DNA of 64,000 nucleotides, from positions 155,677 through 219,676 of IMG/VR virus record IMGVR_UViG_3300033182_000674; one strand, 5' to 3'. The translations under genes and the position numbers were made by a program. The notes under the pieces are model-generated. The model was not told the origin of the DNA. It was given only the letters and a program-made list of their open reading frames with translations, and made no database searches. Shown piece by piece: positions 44,423 through 54,836 of this stretch (its first letter is position 1; each line of letters opens with the position of its first letter).

Positions 44423-46270
44423 TTAAATAGTTACTTTTGGTGATTGATTATCTTGAATAGGCGAAACAATTAATTCATCTTCATCTAATGAAAGAATATA
44501 ATTTCTAAGTGGTTGTATATAAGTCGACTCTGCGGGTGTAGCAGAAATCTTAATATAATCTACACCACCATTAATTGATGTTGGCTTAAATGATTCTAAT
44601 AAAACTGTGCCATTTCTATAATCATATGATCCAGCATTATCAATTACAACTTCTCCATATGAAACAATTTCAATAGTTGTTGTATTTATTTTATTTCTAA
44701 AGGTACATGTTTTACCGTTATATAAGAACTTACTAGATTGAATTGAATAACCAGTACTCTTTGGCGCTTCCAATGCTACTGGGAAATTAACTTGATAATC
44801 ATATTCAAATCCTAGTGTTGGCTCAAAGCGCTGTTGAACTTTAAAATCAGCTCTAGAAGAAAGAATTGATTTTTCAATATCATCAACTTCAGTTAATAAG
44901 TTTGATTTTCTAAATGTTTGTTGGAACTTATTAAAGTTATTATTGAAATAATTTTTAACGTATGCTTCAACAACAGATTTAATTTCTGATAAAGATTTAC
45001 CAGTTAATTCTGGATTATAATTAAATGCAACTGATAATTCAATAAATGTATCAACTGGATCTACAAACTTATTTGAGATAGACATAATAGAAAGTCTATC
45101 AGTAAACTTAGATTCAATATTTTGTTTGATTTGATCTTTTGTTACATTAGCTAAGCCATCTTTAAATTGCATACTAATATAGACTCTACCATAATCAACA
45201 GGTAAATTATCCTCGCCACCCCAAACAGTGACATCTGTTACATCAGTAAAGTTACTTAAAATCATACCTTTATAATCTAAAGGTGTTACTAATCTTTGTT
45301 GTGCTGCAAATTGAATAGGTGCTAATTTACGAATTGATTCAATTGTTTCTTTTTCAGCACCACTAGATGACGGTGTTTGTGTACTAATTAATATATCAAC
45401 AATAGAACTATTAACGACTAATGTGTCTAATGAAGCAAAATCGTTTGCACCATTCGCTGCAGATCCATTTGCTGCAGTATATTTTACAACAATCTTTTCA
45501 CCGACACTTGGCTTTTTACCAAATGAAACACCATCACCAAAATTAATTTCATAATAACCATTTGGCGCTTCTTTAATATCAAAGAAACGTGTAGTATCAT
45601 CAACAACAATTGCTGTTAATAAATCATAGTATGTTTCATAATCATCAGATGTAGGATTCTTATAAACATCGATACTTACAGATGATGTATCCATTTTAGC
45701 ATCTGGAATAACATACACTTCATCTTCAGCTACATTATCTACAATAAATGTTTTGGTTTTAGAAACACCTTCAAATACTTCAATACGATAATTACCATCA
45801 TCATCTAAGAATCTATAAATGCCATTACCATCATCATATGCATAATAGTTTTGACGTGTTTTAAATTCATAATCTGTATCTTGAGCTTCATCATCTTGAC
45901 CAACTGCTCTAAACTTAGTACCAATTGGTAATTTAACAGTTGATGGTCTATTTGACATTGATGATAAATCTAAGTATGCACTAAGTAAACCTTTTGATGC
46001 AGTTACTGACTTAGGTCTATAACCTAATGCTTCAGCATGAGATACAATAGATGATCTTAATTGTGCAGTATTTAAGAATGATTCATTTAAAGAAAAGTTA
46101 GCAATTAAACCATTAAAATGTGTATTATAAGCTAAGACATCAAGGATATTATTAATACCAGAAGCTTCAAAATCATAGTCTCTAAACTGATCTTGCGCTT
46201 GTAAATATGTTTTAAGTCGAGACTTAATATCTTCGAAATCTAACGCTGTTGATGAAATATTAGTTGCCAT
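44423..46270 (-). CDS. gp6: Baseplate wedge subunit gp6
   Basis: LDFEDIKSRLKTYL...FRDYDFEASGINNILDVLAYNTH, EINFGDGVSFGKKP, ETIESIRKLAP...QQRLVTPLDY, WGGEDN...YGRVYIS. Confidence 0.95.
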   Translation of the reverse strand: MATNISSTALDFEDIKSRLKTYLQAQDQFRDYDFEASGINNILDVLAYNTHFNGLIANFSLNESFLNTAQLRSSIVSHAEALGYRPKSVTASKGLLSAYLDLSSMSNRPSTVKLPIGTKFRAVGQDDEAQDTDYEFKTRQNYYAYDDGNGIYRFLDDDGNYRIEVFEGVSKTKTFIVDNVAEDEVYVIPDAKMDTSSVSIDVYKNPTSDDYETYYDLLTAIVVDDTTRFFDIKEAPNGYYEINFGDGVSFGKKPSVGEKIVVKYTAANGSAANGANDFASLDTLVVNSSIVDILISTQTPSSSGAEKETIESIRKLAPIQFAAQQRLVTPLDYKGMILSNFTDVTDVTVWGGEDNLPVDYGRVYISMQFKDGLANVTKDQIKQNIESKFTDRLSIMSISNKFVDPVDTFIELSVAFNYNPELTGKSLSEIKSVVEAYVKNYFNNNFNKFQQTFRKSNLLTEVDDIEKSILSSRADFKVQQRFEPTLGFEYDYQVNFPVALEAPKSTGYSIQSSKFLYNGKTCTFRNKINTTTIEIVSYGEVVIDNAGSYDYRNGTVLLESFKPTSINGGVDYIKISATPAESTYIQPLRNYILSLDEDELIVSPIQDNQSPKVTI

Positions 46271-46271
46271 C

Positions 46272-46721
46272 TTATCTTAACCTTGTTAGTTGTGTTGTTA
46301 ATTCTACTACTTCACTAGTATTAACAACTTTAAATGTAATTGATACATCAATCGTATATTCGTCATAGCCAATATCAGCTACAATCCTTTGTACTTGTGC
46401 TCTAGGTTCATACATTTCAATAGCATGTCTAATTTGTGATTCAACATCATCTTCGAATATACCAGTAGATAATTCAAATAATAATCCTTGAATATTAGCA
46501 CCAAAGTATGGTTGAAATGGCTTTTCATAATAGTTAGTTAGAATAAGATTCTTTACTGCTTGTTTAACAGCAGCAGCATCATTCTTTTTAAAGATATCAC
46601 CATTTCTTTTACGCGCAAAAGTCAAATCGATATCTTTATAAGATGTCAATTTCTGCGATGTAATCCTAGTTATAGAATTAAGATTACGATCTTCTGCTGA
46701 TAAACTCTTTACGATTGCCAT
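46272..46721 (-). CDS. gp25: Baseplate wedge subunit gp25
   Basis: YKDIDLTF, AVKQAVKNLILTNYYEKPFQPYFGANIQGLLFE, IEMYEPRA. Confidence 0.95.
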   Translation of the reverse strand: MAIVKSLSAEDRNLNSITRITSQKLTSYKDIDLTFARKRNGDIFKKNDAAAVKQAVKNLILTNYYEKPFQPYFGANIQGLLFELSTGIFEDDVESQIRHAIEMYEPRAQVQRIVADIGYDEYTIDVSITFKVVNTSEVVELTTQLTRLR

Positions 46722-46742
46722 ATGTTAAAACTCTTTTTCTTA

Positions 46743-46750
46743 TATTTATA
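46743..46750 (-). promoter_or_regulatory. T4-type late promoter TATAAATA
   Basis: Exact consensus in the intergenic gap 22 nt upstream of gp25. Confidence 0.8.
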
Positions 46751-46753
46751 CCT

Positions 46754-48787
46754 TTATTCAGGTATTACTTCCACTAGATCGTTAGGACTTTGAATTTTAC
46801 CATTAAACATTGTTTGAATTTGCATATCAAAGTTGCCAGCATAATCTTCACCGATTTCTGGTCCAACTACTACAATTTGACCATTCATCTTCTTATCAGG
46901 ATCAAACTCATCATAGAATAAAATAATCTTTTGATATGATGCATTGTCCTTTAAGTATACAGCTAATTCATATAGTTTCTCAAAGTCTTGCTCACCTGTT
47001 GCATCATATAATTCATATGCAACAACACGACCTTTCATCGCAAGATCTTTTAATCCACCACTTTCAATATTTTCTGCATCATTATCTTTCTTATATAAAC
47101 CTTCCGCAACAACTAAATTATATCGATCAAACTTTTTAGTTCCATTAAATAATTTAAGTATACTTACTTGCGTAATAAGATTACGTGCTATTGATTTTCT
47201 TTCATCTTGATTAGTAATATGATCTAATGTAAATGAATCACCATATGAAGATACAAATTTAGAAAGAGGAATACCAGGTCCTAAACTTGTTTGTAATGTA
47301 ATCTTATCCATATGATTAGGATTATAATACGGATCAGGTAAGATATTTCTTACTCTTGCTTTTGCTGCCATTTGAGGTGGTTTATACTTCTTAAGACCAA
47401 CAACAGTTTTACCACCAACACCTAATCCAGTATTACCCATTGTTACTGTTGATGATGCACCTCTAATCTTACCAACTTTACTTGGTGTTGGATTAGTATA
47501 ACCTGCATTTAAAACACCATCTTTAATTAATTGAGAAGTGTATTTACTATTACTCAAATGATTATTATCTTTTAGTCTAGATCTAGCTTCTCTTGTATTA
47601 TGTGGTCTAGATGTAACATTATCTGTATTGACCTTTAAATCAATTGCATTTAATAAGCCATCATTTTCATCTACTCTTACCTCACGAATACCACCTTGTG
47701 ATTCATGTAAATATGATTGTAAAATAGATTTAGTAGGTTTAGATGTTTTCTTACCATCAGGTGAATGACCCTGTGATGGATGAGATCTACCACCGCCACC
47801 TAGTCCACCAGCAACTGCTGACCAACCAGCAGTGTTTGCATCACCATTTAAGCTACCATGAAACTCAATTGTTTTCATACTCTTAGCCGCAGTTACTGTT
47901 TCACAATTAACTTCATGTCCAACATAAGTATTATAAGAATACATGATAATGTTTTCACCGCCAATAGTTCCAGTATTACCAAACACTGATAAACTTTGTG
48001 CTGCAATATTCATATCTTCAGATGATATTTGTATTTTAGTTTCAGATGTTATATTAGTATCATGTGAATGTAAATAGTTTGCTTCGCCATTTACATGGTG
48101 TCTAAATGTATTTTTTACAAATGAATTGAATCCATCTAAATAAGTATGAGATACCATTTTAAGTACAGTTGATGATTTAGTCTTTTGTATAATTTCACTT
48201 AATACACCAACAATTCTTTTTCTATATGATCCCATTACATTCACAAGCCAGTTACCACCAACTCGCATTTTCATATCACCTTTAACATCAAGATCATAAT
48301 CACCATTAACAGTCATCTTTAAATTACCATAATAAGTAACACAACCATCGCCTTCAACAGATAACTTATGATCTCCATTAACAACATCAACTCTATTATT
48401 TAATGCATTAACAACAATTGTTCCATCAGGTTTAATTTCGATACCTGCACCATTATTATGCATAATTAAAATACGATCACCACCAGGTGTATCATTCATT
48501 TCAAATACATGGCCGCTTGGTGTTTCATCTATTTGTACATATGGATATTTAGAAATTGTATGTGGTTTAACACCAAGATCGCAGCCTGGTGTACCATTTG
48601 TAATATTTAAATTCTTTACTTCTAAACCACGAGCAGCTTTACTTAATGATGATTCACCACCATAATTTGTCTTTGGATATTTTAATTCAGGATCATTAAA
48701 ACCTTCTTTAGGCCGACCTGTATTAGAAGCAGTTGCTTTACCAACTTTATTTTCTCTAGCTATTAAATCATTATCTGTAATTGACAT
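46754..48787 (-). CDS. gp5 C-terminal part (beta-helix needle) with additional C-terminal domain (677 aa)
   Basis: KYPYVQIDETPSGHVFEMNDTPGGDRILIMHNNG...IEIKPDG, followed by 8-residue VxGD-type repeats. Confidence 0.8.
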   Translation of the reverse strand: MSITDNDLIARENKVGKATASNTGRPKEGFNDPELKYPKTNYGGESSLSKAARGLEVKNLNITNGTPGCDLGVKPHTISKYPYVQIDETPSGHVFEMNDTPGGDRILIMHNNGAGIEIKPDGTIVVNALNNRVDVVNGDHKLSVEGDGCVTYYGNLKMTVNGDYDLDVKGDMKMRVGGNWLVNVMGSYRKRIVGVLSEIIQKTKSSTVLKMVSHTYLDGFNSFVKNTFRHHVNGEANYLHSHDTNITSETKIQISSEDMNIAAQSLSVFGNTGTIGGENIIMYSYNTYVGHEVNCETVTAAKSMKTIEFHGSLNGDANTAGWSAVAGGLGGGGRSHPSQGHSPDGKKTSKPTKSILQSYLHESQGGIREVRVDENDGLLNAIDLKVNTDNVTSRPHNTREARSRLKDNNHLSNSKYTSQLIKDGVLNAGYTNPTPSKVGKIRGASSTVTMGNTGLGVGGKTVVGLKKYKPPQMAAKARVRNILPDPYYNPNHMDKITLQTSLGPGIPLSKFVSSYGDSFTLDHITNQDERKSIARNLITQVSILKLFNGTKKFDRYNLVVAEGLYKKDNDAENIESGGLKDLAMKGRVVAYELYDATGEQDFEKLYELAVYLKDNASYQKIILFYDEFDPDKKMNGQIVVVGPEIGEDYAGNFDMQIQTMFNGKIQSPNDLVEVIPE

Positions 48788-48791
48788 TAGA

Positions 48792-50399
48792 TTAATCCTC
48801 TCGTGGTGGTAATGCCACTAATTCACTTGGTGATAAAGAAGAACTATTTGGAAGAATTGTTAAGTTTCTTTTTCCAAATTTTCTTTCAACAAAATCGGAT
48901 ACATCAAATCCTGGATCAAAGAAATTAGTATCAATATCATTATGACCCCATGCTTGACCACCCGGCCAAACAATATAAAATGCATTCATAAACCGAGATA
49001 GTGTTTGCCATTGCTCAGCTGTAATTGAATCTTCATTGCGATGTTTTTCTGGATTTTCTGTTCCAGATGGACATGCATAACCTGCAATTAAACAAACCGC
49101 AATACTATAGTTATTATGTCCATCAGCATGTCTACCTACTTCATTTACTGGACGACCTTTTTGTAAGTCACCATTTCTTTTAATCACATAATGATAGCCA
49201 ATGCCATCTTCACTCCAGTCGTGTATTTCTTCAGAACCAACATCACCTTGATCACTATATGTATCCGACCAATGTACTACAACTTCAGTTACTTCTCTAT
49301 TAACATATTTTAAATCAGCAAGTAATTCTTCAAATGTATCAATGAAATAAAATTGGAATGTTCCTGCTTCTTCTGCTTGTACATTTTCTAATGTTGGATC
49401 AAAATAAGATGGGGGTGCTGGTCTAACTGGTGTCTTTGCTTTATACCAATTATTTTCATCAACATTCATCTCAAATGCAGGAACAGCAGTTGTACCTAGA
49501 TCAACACCTGCTGTTTCTTGTACGTTATTAACAATGTTATTTAATGATGGATCAATACCAAAGATTGCAGCTTCAACATCTTCTCTATCTAATTCAGTTT
49601 GTCCTGTAATTGGATCAGGTTCAAAATAACCATCTTCATCTAATTTTTCAACAGCATATTCTAATGCTTCTTTATTTTTACCTTGTAGAATAAGAGTTGT
49701 TACTCTTCCTCTTTCAATTGGATTTAATCTATTACGTGTAATTTGGTTAATCTCACCAGTTAATACATCATTTGTATTTAAAGCAGCGATGTTCATTACA
49801 CCACCACCTTCTGGTTTACCTGCATCCGCAATCTTTAATACTGAACTAACAGCTTCTTCAAAGAATGCAATTTGTGATCCAACCTTATTTGAAAATGTTT
49901 TTGAGTTTTGTAAAAATGTATTTAATCCACCTGCATACTTAGATGATGTGATTGCACCTAATACACCAGGTGGTACATTTAAACCAGTTGCACTTTGAAT
50001 AGCACCTTGAATAGCAGATGGAGAAGTACCTGATGTAATCTCCTTTAAGAATCCAGTTGCCTTACCAGTATATTCAGTAATAGCAGAGATATCGGTATTT
50101 GCTTGAGGTTCTTTTTCAAATTCAGATTCCATTCCTGGAATAGTATTAATCCTTGCAACACCTGTACCATCAATGGTATCATCAGGATCAAGCCAATCTG
50201 TTTCAGATGATACTGCTTGAATTCCATTAATAACCATACCAACATTAGAGCTTGCACCTAATTGTGTAACAGATGCTGCTTTCGCTTCAAATGCAAGATC
50301 GCCAATTTTATGAGTAAATGGAGTTAAACCAGAAATACGCTGAACTTGAGATAGTGTTGAATTAAATTGTGAAAATGAAAGTACATTAGTAAGACTCAT
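48792..50399 (-). CDS. Virion-associated protein with C-terminal N-acetylmuramoyl-L-alanine amidase (Amidase_2, T7 lysozyme/AmpD-like) (535 aa)
   Basis: VVVHWSDT, GIGYHYVIKRNGDLQKGRP, GRHADGHNNYSIAVCLIAG, WGHND...DPG (His/His/Asp Zn ligands). Confidence 0.85.
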   Translation of the reverse strand: MSLTNVLSFSQFNSTLSQVQRISGLTPFTHKIGDLAFEAKAASVTQLGASSNVGMVINGIQAVSSETDWLDPDDTIDGTGVARINTIPGMESEFEKEPQANTDISAITEYTGKATGFLKEITSGTSPSAIQGAIQSATGLNVPPGVLGAITSSKYAGGLNTFLQNSKTFSNKVGSQIAFFEEAVSSVLKIADAGKPEGGGVMNIAALNTNDVLTGEINQITRNRLNPIERGRVTTLILQGKNKEALEYAVEKLDEDGYFEPDPITGQTELDREDVEAAIFGIDPSLNNIVNNVQETAGVDLGTTAVPAFEMNVDENNWYKAKTPVRPAPPSYFDPTLENVQAEEAGTFQFYFIDTFEELLADLKYVNREVTEVVVHWSDTYSDQGDVGSEEIHDWSEDGIGYHYVIKRNGDLQKGRPVNEVGRHADGHNNYSIAVCLIAGYACPSGTENPEKHRNEDSITAEQWQTLSRFMNAFYIVWPGGQAWGHNDIDTNFFDPGFDVSDFVERKFGKRNLTILPNSSSLSPSELVALPPRED

Positions 50400-51241
50400 T
50401 TCATATACCTCTCAACTACATCTCTTGCAAATGAATAACGACCTTCATAGTTACTCGGACTTCTTAAATATTTTTCTTGCACTGCTCTTACTGCTTCTTT
50501 TAAGTTTTTAGAACCAAGCAATGCGCCATTAGCATGAGTATAACTTGTACCAAACTCATGAATAATAAATTTTAATTGACCTTCTAATTCAATAGGTAAA
50601 TTATTATCTGCACAATATGCAATCATATTCTTTAAACGTGAACCAGACCAATTAGCAAGTCCACCCCCACCAACTTTTAAATTTGATTCAGCTGATAAGT
50701 TACCAACCATTGCTGCTGCTTGGTCATAGTTATAACCATTTGCTAAAAAGAAATTAAATACCTTTTCACCTGTTGATTCACCTGCAATTTCAGGATTACC
50801 TGGTGTAGTCTTTGGTACAGCAGCATTTGTTGAATACTTATTTTGAACTGGTTTTGCAATAGTATTTAATAAACGATTATTAAATGAAGAAGAATATGCT
50901 TCTTCTTTTGCATCTTTTTCTAAACGTGGAATAGTACCAAGCACTAATGGTATTTGAGAACTAGTTCCATCCATGAATATACCAAATACTTGCGCACCAT
51001 TTTCAATCTTAGGTGTTTTACCAAGACCAGATACACCACCTTCAGTTCCAGGCACTGTTACTTGTGCCCAAGGTAAATCGCTATTAGGTATATCTAAAAC
51101 ATCACTAGAGTGAATACCGTGTATTCTGACCTGGACTCTGCCAAGCCTTAATGGATCTTTATTATTTGTAGCAATACCCACAAACCAACGAGTATTATCG
51201 CCATAATATTCACTATTAAATACTTTAAGATTCATACTCAT
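50396..51241 (-). CDS. gp5: gp5 N-terminal OB-fold fused to a phage-tail-lysozyme domain (281 aa)
   Basis: WFVGIATNNKDPLRLGRVQVRIHGIH...LPWAQV...VFGIFMDG...PLVLGTIP; then AAAMVGNLSAES...GLANWSGSR...QLKFIIHE. Confidence 0.85.
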   Translation of the reverse strand: MSMNLKVFNSEYYGDNTRWFVGIATNNKDPLRLGRVQVRIHGIHSSDVLDIPNSDLPWAQVTVPGTEGGVSGLGKTPKIENGAQVFGIFMDGTSSQIPLVLGTIPRLEKDAKEEAYSSSFNNRLLNTIAKPVQNKYSTNAAVPKTTPGNPEIAGESTGEKVFNFFLANGYNYDQAAAMVGNLSAESNLKVGGGGLANWSGSRLKNMIAYCADNNLPIELEGQLKFIIHEFGTSYTHANGALLGSKNLKEAVRAVQEKYLRSPSNYEGRYSFARDVVERYMK

Positions 51242-52587
51242 AGTTGTGGACCTTTCTCATGAGCTAGCTTAGCACACGTTAATGTTGCATTATATTTATC
51301 AGCCGCAAAGGTATGTCTTACCGCATAGATTAAAAACTCTCCACTTCTTTTATTATCTCTATGATCATCTAAAAAGTTTTGTTCTCTTGTATTCTTAAAA
51401 GCAATTTTAATTATATTACCAAGTGTTTTATTGGTATTTGCATAAAAGAAGTTCTTACCCGCAACAGTAATATCGATATTAGTTTTATGTAAGAAATATC
51501 TCATTGCTTTTGCTGCAGGTTTTAGCATATGCATTTTAGATGATGATGCTTCATAATAATTAAAATTGGTATCGCCATAAATTTGTGTTGTTGATATTTG
51601 TGCAATTTCAGTTGAAGTGTGTTGGTGTAATTTCCTATCACCAATAATTCCTTTTTCATCATAATTATATTTGTCTTGACTCTTAAAAGCACCTCTATCT
51701 TTTAAACCATCAAATACTTTTGATACATCAAATTGTTTAGATATATTAGTACCAGTTGTTGTATCAATAAAGTTATATGTTGCACCAATTAAACCTAATC
51801 GAGAAAGATCTAATGCATTTTCTTGTTTAGTTGTTCTATATGCTTTAATTGCATATGCTTGTGCATTAATATCATACTTATCTAAATCACTACCATATGT
51901 TTCAGACATTGTATATTCATTTGCATTAATTGGTTGTGCATTTAATATTGTTTCTAAATCAACGTATCTTATTTTATCATCACATAAAGAAGCAAACATA
52001 AAATATGGCATTCCATATGTTGTGCATGATCTATCCTTTACCCAATTCATCGCATCTAATGGAGTTAAGTTAGGAATAACAACCTTTAATTTTTTACTTT
52101 CAGCTAATTCATTATCACCAATAACCTTTACTTCTTTACCTAAAAAGTCTTTTGCAATTGATTTAATAATTTTATTAGGCTGATTAGTATATGATTTAGA
52201 TACACGTTTAACTCTTGATAAAGCACCAGACTCTTCAATTAATTGTAATGAAACTGTTTCGCTTTGATCATTACCTTTCACTGCTGCAGAAATCTCTTGA
52301 ATAACAAAAACTTTTTCAATACTATAATTAGGATCACCTTGTTCAGTTATATCTGTTGTGAGACGGATTCTAACCTTTTCTACACCAGAAATATTTAAAT
52401 CATTTATAATGTTATTATTATCAACAAACAATAATGATCCAGTTAAATATGGTTTATCAATATGTTCAAAGATATTAAGCTCAACAACCATTCCACCGAT
52501 ATTCATCGGCTGGCCTAGAGCTTCATTCTCTATAAAAACATAATCAATAACATAATCAAATGCTGTGGATTCACCGCTCTTAGCCAT
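51238..52587 (-). CDS. Baseplate hub protein (gp27-like) (449 aa)
   Basis: ELNIFEHIDKPYLTGSLLFVD, VVIPNLTPLDAMNW, ITVAG...LGNIIKI...SGEFLIYAVRHTF; lies between gp53 and gp5. Confidence 0.7.
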   Translation of the reverse strand: MAKSGESTAFDYVIDYVFIENEALGQPMNIGGMVVELNIFEHIDKPYLTGSLLFVDNNNIINDLNISGVEKVRIRLTTDITEQGDPNYSIEKVFVIQEISAAVKGNDQSETVSLQLIEESGALSRVKRVSKSYTNQPNKIIKSIAKDFLGKEVKVIGDNELAESKKLKVVIPNLTPLDAMNWVKDRSCTTYGMPYFMFASLCDDKIRYVDLETILNAQPINANEYTMSETYGSDLDKYDINAQAYAIKAYRTTKQENALDLSRLGLIGATYNFIDTTTGTNISKQFDVSKVFDGLKDRGAFKSQDKYNYDEKGIIGDRKLHQHTSTEIAQISTTQIYGDTNFNYYEASSSKMHMLKPAAKAMRYFLHKTNIDITVAGKNFFYANTNKTLGNIIKIAFKNTREQNFLDDHRDNKRSGEFLIYAVRHTFAADKYNATLTCAKLAHEKGPQL

Positions 52588-53308
52588 TTGTACCTAATTC
52601 TCTTTGGTGTGCTAGGAAGATTTGTTTTGCAACGTCTTCTTTTAATATTTTAATTTCTCTATTCTGTTCATTCTTTTCAGCATAATAATCTAAGAATGTT
52701 ACTTCTCTTAATTCAGCGCCAGGACCAATATAAGGATCAATGTCAACCTGTTCATCATCTTTCGTATAATAAATTGCTGAATTATATTGTTCTGAATATG
52801 AATGAACAGTAAATAAAGGTGTTTGATCTGAATCATTTAAATGAATCGTTTCACCATCTTGGAATATATGCTGTCCTTCAACTAAAATCTGGCCAAGATC
52901 TAAAGTTTTACTTTTAATCGTTGCAATAGTACCTGATGTACCACCAATAATTTCATTACCAACTTTAATATCTTCACCATATAATGGATCACGACTTGTA
53001 ATTACTGTATCATTATACTTATTAATTAAATATTCACGTAATCTAGATGATGTGGTTGGCCAACCAAACTCTCTTAAATTATCATTTATAAAAAAGAAAG
53101 TCCAATAAAAGTTTGAAGTACCATATAATTTATGTGATAAAACATCTGGTCTATCACCTTCTAATATAGTATATAACTCGTAAAAAGAATTATCTTCTTT
53201 TAAACGATCTAATAAATCAATATAAACACTTAGGTTTTGAAATCTAGTAGTATAAGTTTCATCACCAAAATTATAATCGATTTGTGGAAAAGCTTTAAAA
53301 TAACCCAT
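52580..53308 (-). CDS. gp53: Baseplate wedge subunit gp53
   Basis: MGYFKAFPQIDY, YTILEGDRPDVLSHKLYGTSNFYWTFFFIND, terminal NEQNREIKILK. Confidence 0.92.
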   Translation of the reverse strand: MGYFKAFPQIDYNFGDETYTTRFQNLSVYIDLLDRLKEDNSFYELYTILEGDRPDVLSHKLYGTSNFYWTFFFINDNLREFGWPTTSSRLREYLINKYNDTVITSRDPLYGEDIKVGNEIIGGTSGTIATIKSKTLDLGQILVEGQHIFQDGETIHLNDSDQTPLFTVHSYSEQYNSAIYYTKDDEQVDIDPYIGPGAELREVTFLDYYAEKNEQNREIKILKEDVAKQIFLAHQRELGTNG

Positions 53309-53320
53309 TATAATTCTCCA

Positions 53321-54253
53321 TTAAAAGGTGTTACTATTAAGACCGTCATTATTCCAATCCCATTGCTTAATAATATCTTCATATGTTAGAGCGCGTGCTT
53401 CGATGAAGGTAAGTGCCATATTAATTTCTTGGAAATGACCACCCTTATAGAATGATTGTTGTTGTGGGTTATAGTTTGTTTGTACTACACGTAAATACAT
53501 TCTTTCAAATCTAATATCATTGCTTAATGGTTTTCCATCATACAATGCAGTTATTTGAAATTGATTAGGAAACTTATATGCAATAGGAATACCAGTATTT
53601 GCCATTTTAATTGTTTTAGGATAAAGATTCTTTCTAAAGTAATGAATAATTCTTTTTACTTGTTCTGCTTCTGCTTCACTCTTTGGCAGCATTTTAAAAT
53701 CAAAAGAAAATTCTCTTAAGTTAACAGATTTAAATAATGCTCTAGTATTTGGATTGGGTACAGTCTTTAATGCGGATTGAACAGCACCAGCTGTTGCTCC
53801 ACCCATACCACCCGCAAATCTTGAACCAACCGCTCGTGCTGCATCTTGACTAATCTCACCTTTAAACATATCAGCCAATGAACCAACACCAGCAGCAGCG
53901 GTAGCTTTTGCGGCAGCTCCTAATGATGCACCATTATTTAATGCATTTTCTCCAACCGCACCCAGAAAACCAAGATCAACGTTATCTAATTGAACACCAT
54001 CTGCAATTTGTAATGATGGCGGTAAGTATAATAATACTGAATCAGATTGTTTAATGCTTCGCGCATTTTGTAATTCAGCACTAGCCACTTGGTCATATGT
54101 CGGTAAACTATTCCCTGTTGCGCCATCAGTTGAATTGCTTGCTTCGCCTTTAGATGTATCAAAGCTCGGTGGAACTTGCTCGTATGTCTCAAATTTGAGC
54201 CAAGCTTTGTTTCTTTGCTGATCATCTAATGGAAATGTATATCGTCCGGCCAT
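53321..54253 (-). CDS. gp48: Baseplate tail-tube cap gp48
   Basis: LLYLPPSL, NPNTRALFKSVNLREFSFDFKMLPKSEAEAEQVKRIIHYFR, PNQFQI, VQTNYNP, INMALTFIE. Confidence 0.85.
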   Translation of the reverse strand: MAGRYTFPLDDQQRNKAWLKFETYEQVPPSFDTSKGEASNSTDGATGNSLPTYDQVASAELQNARSIKQSDSVLLYLPPSLQIADGVQLDNVDLGFLGAVGENALNNGASLGAAAKATAAAGVGSLADMFKGEISQDAARAVGSRFAGGMGGATAGAVQSALKTVPNPNTRALFKSVNLREFSFDFKMLPKSEAEAEQVKRIIHYFRKNLYPKTIKMANTGIPIAYKFPNQFQITALYDGKPLSNDIRFERMYLRVVQTNYNPQQQSFYKGGHFQEINMALTFIEARALTYEDIIKQWDWNNDGLNSNTF

Positions 54254-54272
54254 TATGTTATCCTAAATTATG

Positions 54273-54280
54273 CATAAATA
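54273..54280 (+). promoter_or_regulatory. Probable late promoter CATAAATA (one mismatch) for gp4
   Basis: Near-consensus in the strand-switch gap, 37 nt upstream of ATG 54317. Confidence 0.55.
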
Positions 54281-54299
54281 AGTTAAAAACCTTTTTCAA

Positions 54300-54307
54300 T
54301 ATTTATA
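54300..54307 (-). promoter_or_regulatory. T4-type late promoter TATAAATA for the gp48 leftward operon
   Basis: Exact consensus on the minus strand, 47 nt upstream of the gp48 ATG. Confidence 0.8.
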
Positions 54308-54316
54308 AGAGTTATC

Positions 54317-54814
54317 ATGACATACCAAGGGAAATACAAAGTTAAAAATCCAGAAAAGTATCGAGGCGACTACAATGATGTTATTTACAGATCAATGTGG
54401 GAAAGGAATTCATTTAGATGGTGTGATGAAAATCCAAACGTAAAGTATTGGAGTTCTGAAGAAGTTGTCATACCATATTTTTATGATGTAGATAAAAAGT
54501 ATCATCGATATTTTGTTGACCTTAAAATAACATTCACAGATGGTACAACATTTTTAATTGAAATAAAACCAGCAGTCCAAACTGAACCACCAAAATATCA
54601 TGGGAAAAAGACTAAACGTTATATCACAGAAGGTATGACATATGTAAAGAACATGAATAAGTGGGAAGCTGCTGAAAAGTATTGCAAACAACGTGGTTGG
54701 AAATTTCAAATATGGACTGAAAAAGAATTAAGTAAAATGGGTTTATTACCTAAGAAATTAAAACCTATGGCACCAATGAGAAAAAAGAAAAAGAAGACTG
54801 TAAAGAAAAAGTAA
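54317..54814 (+). CDS. gp4: Head completion protein gp4 (TnsA-like nuclease fold)
   Basis: YQGKYKVKNPEKYRGD...IYRSMWE...WSSEEVVIPY...HRYFVD...LIEIKP...NMNKWEAAEKYC...WKFQIWTE. Confidence 0.95.
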   Translation: MTYQGKYKVKNPEKYRGDYNDVIYRSMWERNSFRWCDENPNVKYWSSEEVVIPYFYDVDKKYHRYFVDLKITFTDGTTFLIEIKPAVQTEPPKYHGKKTKRYITEGMTYVKNMNKWEAAEKYCKQRGWKFQIWTEKELSKMGLLPKKLKPMAPMRKKKKKTVKKK

Positions 54815-54822
54815 TTAAAACA

Positions 54823-54830
54823 TATAAATA
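54823..54830 (+). promoter_or_regulatory. T4-type late promoter TATAAATA
   Basis: Exact consensus between gp4 and gp2. Confidence 0.8.
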
Positions 54831-54836
54831 GTCTGT

